Assembly (NCBI RefSeq): GCF_006345805.1
Contig: NC_043009.1
Coordinates: 48,608,001-48,672,000 of the forward strand
Direction: 5' to 3'
DNA: 64,000 nucleotides
Origin: Octopus sinensis
Taxonomy: Eukaryota
The notes below the pieces were generated by a model that worked only from the letters and a program-made list of their open reading frames with translations, was not told the origin of the DNA and did not search any database. A program made the translations under genes and the position numbers. Positions 54,396 through 64,000 of the stretch are shown piece after piece (position 1 is the stretch's first letter; every line of letters begins with the position of its first letter).

Positions 54396-54546
54396 AGGCG
54401 TAAAAGTGGCTGTGTGGTAAGGAGCTTACTTCCCAACCACATGGTTCCGGGGTTTCAGTCCCATTGTTTGGCACCTTGGTTAAGCATCTTCTGCTATAGC
54501 CTCGGGCCGACCAAGTTCTTGTGAGTGGATTATGTAGACGGAAACT

Positions 54547-54579
<33 letters not shown>

Positions 54580-55140
54580 TAATTGTTATCGCCATATTAA
54601 TATGGTAGTCTTATAGATATAAGACTAAAAGCTGTCGCTGATTAGCTCCATGAGGCCATCGCCTTAAGATAGCTATTTGACACACAAACTGTGTCCTTAT
54701 AACATTCGAACAAGGAGGTCAGCCGCTTCACACTGCCATCAGACAGCTACAGACGCGTTTTCAGGGTATTTGCCCTTGTCAATGTAGAGTAGGCGACCCA
54801 GCAGGTGTCGCCACTGATCGTCTCTGTTCGAAGGTTTATTTACCTAGTTTCGGTGGAATCCCTCCACTTGCTTTTATCAATAATATAGGAACTATATATA
54901 TATATATATATAGATATATATATATATTATATATAGGTATATATTTGTGGTGTGTTCCTGTTTTGTGTCCCTCCCCCGCCATTGCTTGACAACCGATGCT
55001 GGTGTGTTTACATCCCCGAAACATAGCTGTTCGGCAATAGAGACCGATAGGATAAGTACTTGGCTTACAAAGAACAACTGGAGTCGATTTGTTCGAAAGC
55101 AGTTCTCCGGCATGGTCGCAGTCAAATGACTGAAACAAGT
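54396..55140 (+). mobile_element. SINE family 2 split by a ~300-bp insert (about 54580-54890) in its internal (TA)n
   Basis: 5' half at 54396-54545; 3' half at 54950-55140. Confidence 0.78.
54747..54787 (-). ncRNA. Decayed type I hammerhead motif
   Basis: Minus strand reads CTACA-TTGACAA-GGG-CAAATA-CCC-T-GAAAA-CGCG-TC-TGTAG. Helices I-III pair; the core is mutated. Confidence 0.5.
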
Positions 55141-55631
55141 ATATATATATATATAAGGAATAAGGACATTTTTGAGACAACGACAATCCAGTTTTGCAAT
55201 CTGAGCCTTGATTATCTCAAGCGAAATCAGATAACGCAAAGAAAACACTTCAGTAGATCTGTGCAAACGTTAGAAATTCGATGTAGACACATTGCGTTAT
55301 GTGTTAAATCTTTTTCATTTGAATGTATTATTTTGTCTTGCTACGTGTTCGAAGGCGTATCGCGTCCCTGTCGTTTCGCTGAAACAATCTCAATGTCAGA
55401 GAGAAACATTTTTACTTGATTGCAAAGAGAAATAAATCGTCTAACTTACACACAAATTGAACAGGAAATTTCGGGGAGCAAACTCCCGGTCTTAGAAGAA
55501 ATTGAGGTACACAGACCACTAACACACACAGCGCGTGTGTACATATATACGACTCACAGATATTAATACACACACACACGTAATATATATATATATATCT
55601 ATATAATATTATAATATATATATATATATAT

Positions 55632-55690
<59 letters not shown>

Positions 55691-55826
55691 GTATATATAT
55701 ATGTATATTGTATATATATATATGTGTATAATATATTTAATCTATCTGTATATATAGATATAATCTATCTATATAATCTATCTATCTATTTATCTATTTA
55801 TCTATCTATCTACCTATCTATCTATC

Positions 55827-55872
<46 letters not shown>

Positions 55873-56469
55873 TTATCTATCTGTCTGTCTGTCATCTATC
55901 TATCTATCTATCTATTTGTATACTTATTTATCTATCCTCTGTTTATTCTCCCCCCTCCCTCTCTGTATATATGGTTATGTTTGTATATATGTATGTATAT
56001 AAAATTGTTCTCAACTGAAGAACGTGTAGGATGAGAGATATAGATATAACGTACAACACACCAGTAACCCTCCCCCCCACACACACACAGCGCATGCCCC
56101 TCCCACATCACATGAAACAAACCGCCTCCCCCACCTAAACGTTCTTTTATTTCATCCTACGTTTCATAAGAATTGAATTTTATTAATACTCCTGGTCACT
56201 AGGCCGTGGAGAAATCATAAGGCTGCGTGTTTATGTGTGTGTGTGTGTGCGTGTTTGTGTGTATGTGTGCGTGGCTGTGTGTGTGTGTGTGTGTATGCGT
56301 TTGTGCATCGGTGTGTCCGTGGAAGTGTGTCTATTGTTGTGTATATATATATATCAATGTGTGTATACGTGTGGACGTATGTGGGTTTGCGTGAGTATGT
56401 GTGTTCCAGGTTCATGGTCCATTAACGTTTTGCAATTTAAACAGAGATTTATTATTGTAATTGTTGTGA

Positions 56470-56514
<45 letters not shown>

Positions 56515-56533
56515 CAGCAGCAGAAGCAGCAGG

Positions 56534-56568
<35 letters not shown>

Positions 56569-57025
56569 CTGAGGAAGTGGTTTTCGTGGTGGTTGTGGTG
56601 GTGGTGGTAGTGTTGGTATTGGAGAGGGTGGTGCTGTAGTTCTAGGTGTTGGTGCTGGTATTGCGCGTGGTGGGGTTGGTGTTGGCGTTGGTAGTGGCTG
56701 AGGAAGTTTTCTTATACGTAGTTATCGTAGTTCCTAGAGGGATGTTCTCTTCTTAGTAGTTCTGTCTGTTGTTCTTTTTCTTGCCGCCAATTTTGTTGCT
56801 GTTGTTGAGCCACAGATCAACAATAATCCATCAAGCCTATGGTCAGATGTATAAATCCAGTGATAATCTCGTATTTTATTAAGCTCTTTGAATCATGAAC
56901 AACATTAACCAACGATTCCTTTTCAAAGACTGCGGGGTGTGATTTAAGAGAACTCTGCTGCAATTTCTAGCCTGCACTTGGTCCCTCATTACGTCATGCT
57001 CTATAAATGTATAGAGGAAGTGCTC

Positions 57026-57056
<31 letters not shown>

Positions 57057-57410
57057 TTCTCTCTCCCTCTGTATTTGTGTACCATTTCTCCGTTTTTATC
57101 CCGTCCTTGTTTTCGTATACATCCGCTGGTTTCTTCCAAGGAATCTAATGCTCTTAGCTTAGTTTTCCCTTGGGGATGGCCATATTGGAGCAATCTCGAG
57201 TATAACCAGCCGAAATTGCAAAGATAATCTGGAATTCGCCTGAGGAAAGAAAACTTCTAATGACCGCCACCACCCGTGTTTTTTCTTGTCCCCCCTTTAT
57301 ATCATCTGTCTGGACATTTTGTTGTCCCTTTTTGGTATCACCTAGCTGTCTGGATGTTTTGCGTTCTTGTCCCACTTTTTCTATTCCTATATATATATAT
57401 ATATATATAT

Positions 57411-57626
57411 ATTTCTTTACTACCCACAAGGGGCTAAACACAGAGGGGACAAACAAGGACAGACAAAGGGATTAAGTCGACTACATCGACCCCAGTGCGT
57501 AACTGGTACTTAATTTATCGACCCCGAAAGGATGAAAGGCAAAGTCGACCTCGGCGGAATTTGAACTCGGAACGTAACGACAGACGATTTCGCCCGGCGT
57601 GCTAACGTTTCTACCAGCTCGCCGCC
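57411..57626 (-). mobile_element. SINE family 1 monomer, tail B, within (TA)n
   Basis: Family match, with a 14-bp deletion after 57587. Confidence 0.9.
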
Positions 57627-57627
57627 G

Positions 57628-57664
<37 letters not shown>

Positions 57665-57672
57665 ATATATAT

Positions 57673-57719
<47 letters not shown>

Positions 57720-57739
57720 AATATATATATATATAGTAT

Positions 57740-57770
<31 letters not shown>

Positions 57771-58499
57771 ATAAATATAGATATATATATATATATATAT
57801 ATCTTCACACATACACATACGGCATATAGTGTATATGTATACGTGTGCCTGAACGTGTATATATTTATCGTTAAAGGCGTGAAATTGTAATGATTTTTGA
57901 GACAATAACTGACAAGGAATGTGCACGTCCTTACCTTGTGTGTGTATTTTCTGTTTTTGTCGTGATTCTGTTGAACTTTTTAAACTGGATAAGTTTATAT
58001 ATGAGTACACACATACACACACATACACAGACACACACATATACTCACACATATGAATAAACAAGCGAAAGCAAGTAGCTCTCAGCACATTTTGTGGGAT
58101 CACCATGCATTTAATAACAATTTGACTCATACCGTGTTCAAGGGATCAAAACACATCCGCATTGTCAGATATTCGGCCACAGAACAGTAGAGTTTGAAAT
58201 AACTTCAAATTGCTTCGAGGTATGGGTATTGAAACCTCTGTTGTACTATTCGGTTCGCGTTGGATATCTTACTGTGATAGCAAATTATTTTCTACATGTT
58301 TTCGGCATACCAAATTTAGGCGTATTTACTTGTCATACAGTAGGATGTGGTATTCCAGCGATAAAGTTAAAACGTGAGGAAGTGAACAATTTATTGCTGT
58401 CAAGTAAAATTTTGAGTTTGAACAAACGACATGTGTAATAATAAACTGCGATCTCTAAGGGCAATAGGAATTTATATATCTTGCCATTGATCATAGGTG

Positions 58500-59110
58500 T
58501 TTCAGCTAGGCCTGTGTTGGTATATCATATCATTACTAAGATTTATGACATGTGCTTACACTGCATATATTTTAGTAATGATAAACATGGGATACATTTC
58601 TTATTGACAGATAATGCAGGATATTGGAATATGTACAGTTTTCCAACGATGCTAATTTTGGAAAATTCGTTTTCAAGAAAGAAAGGAGGGGTTCCGTAGG
58701 ATGGTATATATAATCTCTGGTGAATCGTTTCGAAGAATCCATAGGCTCCTATCAAAAGAGAGAGGTGGAAAATTTCCCTTCAGCAATACATGAAGGAGTG
58801 CATGTGTTGCCTATACCTGCCTTTAAAGAAAGTAGCTGTCAGGCCTATGTACTGTCATGTGATGCCATAGGATGGTGCAAGGCTAGCTTTATAGGCAATA
58901 GCCGTTGAGAGGCAGCATCTGCCTAATGGGCAATGAGGAGGATTTAGAATATTTTTACGATTGCTGTAGACGTTGGAAGTGATATTAATCTAAGATATAT
59001 TAATCTAAGTATGTACAGCTAACCGATGTCGCTATGATGGCAAAATTAGCTTTTTCTGAACTTACGAATGGATGTCTAAATAGTCTCACCTTGAAACCCT
59101 TTAAAATTCT
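58500..59110 (-). mobile_element. Penelope-like element, decayed GIY-YIG region
   Basis: Minus strand gives CPLGRCCLSTAIAYKA...QYIGLTATFFKGRYRQHMHSF and later CIIC..E. Confidence 0.8.
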
Positions 59111-59853
59111 AAAGCGTGATTCCATTTTGTCTCCGAAAAAATCAGGATATCAATATGTTCTATGGCCATAAAACATTAAGTAGTTATGAGCAGAGTCCAT
59201 CTATTAGGCATACATGCATTCATATATTTATATATATATATATATATATATACACATCAACGCAGAGACCATATATGTACGTGAACACACACACACACAC
59301 AGACATACATATACATAGTATATACACACGAAGACACACATAAATAGAAATGGATGGATGGATAGATAGATCGATAGATAGTTAGATTAACAGACATGTA
59401 GATAGATAGATAGATAGATAATTAGAGAATTAGATATAGATAAGGAAACAGAAATTACCTAACAAGGGGGCAAGAAATTATGTAATACATAGTTATTTAT
59501 ATAGATAAGTGAAAGAGAAAGAGAAGGAAAGACACAAGAAAGAGGGAGAGATGGGGAGAAATATAGAGACTGAAAAAGGGAGTGAGAACTAGCAAGAAAG
59601 CTCAAGAGGTGGATACAAACGCAGAGAGCTGCATGCATGTATACACGCATATATAACCCCAGTAAAATAGGAGATGCCATATTTCTAATTGTATTACAAA
59701 GTTTTTATATCCCTCGTTGATTTGATGGAATGGTGCGAATAGATGTCTACATCTATCACTCGCTATCATTTTCCCATCTATGTGCTTGTAAACTTCTGAA
59801 ATAACGCGCACACACGAGCGCATGTGTGCGCACGAGCGTGTCTATATGTATGA

Positions 59854-59906
<53 letters not shown>

Positions 59907-60201
59907 GTGTGTGTGTGTGTGAGTATGAGTGCGTGAGTGTGCGTGTGGATGTCTGTATATATCTAACGGTAATTTATTATAATTTCTACGTATATATTTC
60001 ATATAATTCATAAAATTGCGAAAGGTTATATGATATTATATATATATATATATGGTGTGTGTGTGTGTGTGTGTGTGTGAGCGAGTGTGTGTACATGCAC
60101 ACACACACACACAATACACCCATGTGTGTTATTGTTGATGATGTTGTTTCAATTGTTGTTATTTTATCTATGTATACATGTATGTATGTATGTATCTATC
60201 A

Positions 60202-60272
<71 letters not shown>

Positions 60273-60273
60273 A

Positions 60274-60330
<57 letters not shown>

Positions 60331-60656
60331 ATATCCTTAGCTGTTTATTCAATATATTACATGACATATTGCTTATGTATTTATGCATATATATATGTGT
60401 GTGTATGTATCTATACTTATATACATACACATGTATATAATATACACATACAAAAGTACGCATATTTCCGTTAAATATGCGATTTTGGGCATGTGCGCGT
60501 ATGTCTGTACATATGTGCATATTAGTGTGAGTGCAAATATGTGTGCTTACATCTCTGCCTGTGGACATGTAAGTGTGAGTGCCTGCGGGTACACACTTTT
60601 TAAGCATGACGTGAAGATAAATAGATAGATAGATACGTATATAGACAGATAGATAA

Positions 60657-60733
<77 letters not shown>

Positions 60734-60952
60734 CAAGATAGATAATGCGACAGAGATAGAGAAATTGAGAGTGCGAATGAATTTTTGAAAACAATAAATT
60801 TGTACGGTGGCGTTTTAGGTGATTGCACACTGAGAGGAAATAATGTAATGTGTGTGTGTGTTGTATGTGTGTGTGTGCATGAGTGTGCGTATGTGCATGC
60901 GTGTATGACAATGTTTGTGTTTGTGTGTATGTGTGGTATCCATACATACATA

Positions 60953-61007
<55 letters not shown>

Positions 61008-61217
61008 TATATTGTATGTGTGTGTGTGTGTGTGTGTGTTATATATATATGTGTGTGTTTGTGTGTACGTTCTACATGGAGGCATTCACAAATATATACA
61101 AACACGCATATATATGCATATATATATACACACATATATGTACACACACTCATATATATATGTATATATATCTATATATATATTCATTCATACATATATA
61201 CATGCCTATAATGTTAT

Positions 61218-61258
<41 letters not shown>

Positions 61259-61641
61259 ATATACTATATATATATATATATATTATACACATACATGTTA
61301 CATGCTTTCATTATTTATTTTCCAACTTGCTAATACGAGTATACCTCAGTGGTTCTGTATATTGCCTGTGCGGTTATACGGGTGTCTAATTGTATATAAG
61401 ATTGTATAAATCTGTGAATACCTCGACGTATATTAAAAACAAGAAGTCAAATTATACGGGTAAAGGTATGAGCGTTTTTCATGAATGGGTGCACAATATT
61501 CAAAATTTATGGTTAATATCTGAAAGAATATTGTGGAATCCATCTAATATTAAGGTGAGCATAAATACCCACGTACGTATGTATACATATGTGAGTGTTT
61601 CTGCATGTATGTATGCATGTATATATGTATATTTTATATAC

Positions 61642-61687
<46 letters not shown>

Positions 61688-61793
61688 ATATATAGACATA
61701 GTCATATGTGTATGTGTTGTATGATGTACACACATATGTATGAATGTATATATGAATACACACATATACAGATACAAACACACATACATACAC

Positions 61794-61829
<36 letters not shown>

Positions 61830-62733
61830 CATGCATAGAAATATTTGCATATATATGTACGTATCTATCTATAGCCATATATGCATATATATATGTATAT
61901 ACATACACACATGTAAAATGCTATATAGATATGTATGCTTCTACATATAAAAAGAAACATACATACATACTTTGTAGGGAATTATCTTGCTACCCACCAA
62001 TTTAACTGATGAGGATTCTAGCTGGTTATTTAACATAAATTGCTATTCATTGTATAATATGTACAACTAAATTTCATACATTGCTGTAACTTTTGCATAA
62101 TTTGAATCAGTATGTTACAAACCCGGTTCTCTGATTAAAATTAAAGACCTCCCAACAAGTTTTCTTGTAGATCTTGTGTCACTCAGTGCATTATTCGAAT
62201 TAAGTCTATTCGAAAAGTTTCTGCTCAATGCTCCCTGCACTGGGATTGAACTCGGGGGTCATTGATTGCTAAGTAACCTTTTTTTAACCAAGGGATTATT
62301 GCATATTTTGACCTGAAACACCAACTCAGACAGTTACTGAGATTTTCAAAATCACGCACCTCAACAGCAGATTACTTTTTAAAATCCGTATTCGCTGTAT
62401 TCGCGAAGCACAGAGAGAGAGAGAAGGGTTCAAAATATACTGATCTGATAGAAATATATCGAAACAACGGGTAATGGTGCGATCATTAATGTTCGATGCA
62501 GAGAGTTCGCAGTATAGTCACGCTTAATACACTGCAGAATCTACATGATGCTGGGCATCACCAAGACCAGTATTATAACGACACTCAAACTGGATTCCGA
62601 AGCATCAAACGTAGTTTCAGGATTTTCTGAAATTTACAACATGAGGTTGTAGAAATAACTATGGGTTGAGCAACTTCGCTTTTCTCATCGAGTAAGGGTA
62701 TCATTCATTGACTAAGGTTTACCTCATTTTATC

Positions 62734-62803
<70 letters not shown>

Positions 62804-62846
62804 TATATATAATATATATATATATATACACATGTATAAATAAATA

Positions 62847-62877
<31 letters not shown>

Positions 62878-62881
62878 AACA

Positions 62882-62912
<31 letters not shown>

Positions 62913-63140
62913 TTACATACATGCATGTGCTCACGCTTATATATGAGTGTTAACTCGTATATGAATTTCATCTCTATATGCTTTGTGTATTCATTCTCAT
63001 GTGATGAATGCTTCCATAAAGGCTTTCGAAATCTTTGTCAACATAGATATCCACTCAAACTTAAGCATAAACTTAAGGCATGTACCAACATACCATGCCT
63101 GTGCATTGTGAGCTCCGTATCATTGTTGGATTTGAAGTCA

Positions 63141-63530
63141 TCTTTATATATATAAGTAAGGTTGTGTGTCTGTCTACTCCGATTTAGATTCCTAATTACT
63201 CCCACATTTTGCGGTGCAGTTTAACCAAAACCGGGTATCTTATAGTCGTGATTCATATCAGGCCCTTCTGGGTATTAGCGCGCGTCTACGATGAGTCTAC
63301 GATTTTAAAAATAATTTACCATCATTTTTTCCATTTTAATGCATATTTTTAAATATATGGGAAGTAACTCTCTAAAATGTCTACGATGAGTCAACGATTT
63401 AAAAAAAAATTACCATAATTTTTTTTTCCATTTTTAATGCATTTTTTGCTATTTTTTGGCTATAACTCTCTAAAAATGCTTTATAGTTATTTCTCTTACA
63501 AACCCGAGCAACGCCGGGCGATACTGCTTG
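63141..63530 (+). mobile_element. Non-autonomous Helitron
   Basis: Inserted between A and T. 5' TCTTTATATATATAA; 3' hairpin CCCG-AGCAACGC-CGGG then CTTG (cf. CTRR); no TSD. Internal ~60-bp duplication at 63286 and 63380. Confidence 0.75.
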
Positions 63531-64000
63531 TATGATATAAAAAGTTCCATCTTTAAAATTTTTTATCAGTGAAAACCGATGTATCTCGAACTAGAACATC
63601 TTAATATTTCTCATGCTTTTAGAGTTTTATTTCAGAGAAATTTTATCTCTGTTTCTATCAGACCTAGCGAAATATAAAATATCAATGAATTGGCAAGTGA
63701 AATCATGGCAAACATAGACAAATCCCTAATACAACAATTTTAGAATTTCGCCAATTGAAACTGTAGCCATAGACAGAAGAATGAACTGATTTCTCTTATG
63801 TATCTAAATCTAAACTAAGTACCGTAAGATGTTATTCTCGCTTGAAGATCGTAATGGTGTGAAGTACCAATCAAACGAAAAAGAATTTAGTTTTATTAAG
63901 GAATATACATTACTTAACGCACATTCTTTCTGCTTTGTTGTAGCCTTTTCAAATGATTGTGATCCAATACGATCAAAAACAGTTTAGGCATCGTGATACA

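Noticed and set aside
57161-57232. Further hammerhead-like remnants (also ~37497-37542, ~40500-40535, ~62005)
   Set aside because: A helix II or half core is visible, but too many core or helix mismatches remain to call.
59800-62970. Long YIYI/VCVC/THTH ORFs here and throughout the window
   Set aside because: Translations of dinucleotide and tetranucleotide microsatellites.

Overview
AT-rich, microsatellite-saturated eukaryotic DNA, most likely an octopus intron or intergenic region (inferred from the SINE families and simple-repeat load). Almost all ORFs in the track are microsatellite or SINE artefacts. Only one host-exon candidate is well supported (24911-25169, minus). The rest is transposon-derived: a full-length Tx1-clade LINE (29871-35217), R4/Dong, CR1, RTE and Penelope fragments, a mariner-like element, an IS630/Tc1 remnant, MITEs, a Helitron and four SINE families. 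Two systems stand out. (1) A self-targeting LINE/SINE pair. The Tx1 element sits, with a 15-bp TSD, at one position between the A and B boxes of a SINE whose 3' tail matches the Tx1 3' end. Tx1-tailed SINE units occupy the same position in other copies, building head-to-tail arrays and replacing an older tail type. (2) Several distinct type-I hammerhead ribozyme motifs with palindromic helix III, as in Penelope pLTRs. One has an intact core and another forms a fold-back pair. All calls were made by eye, without database searches.
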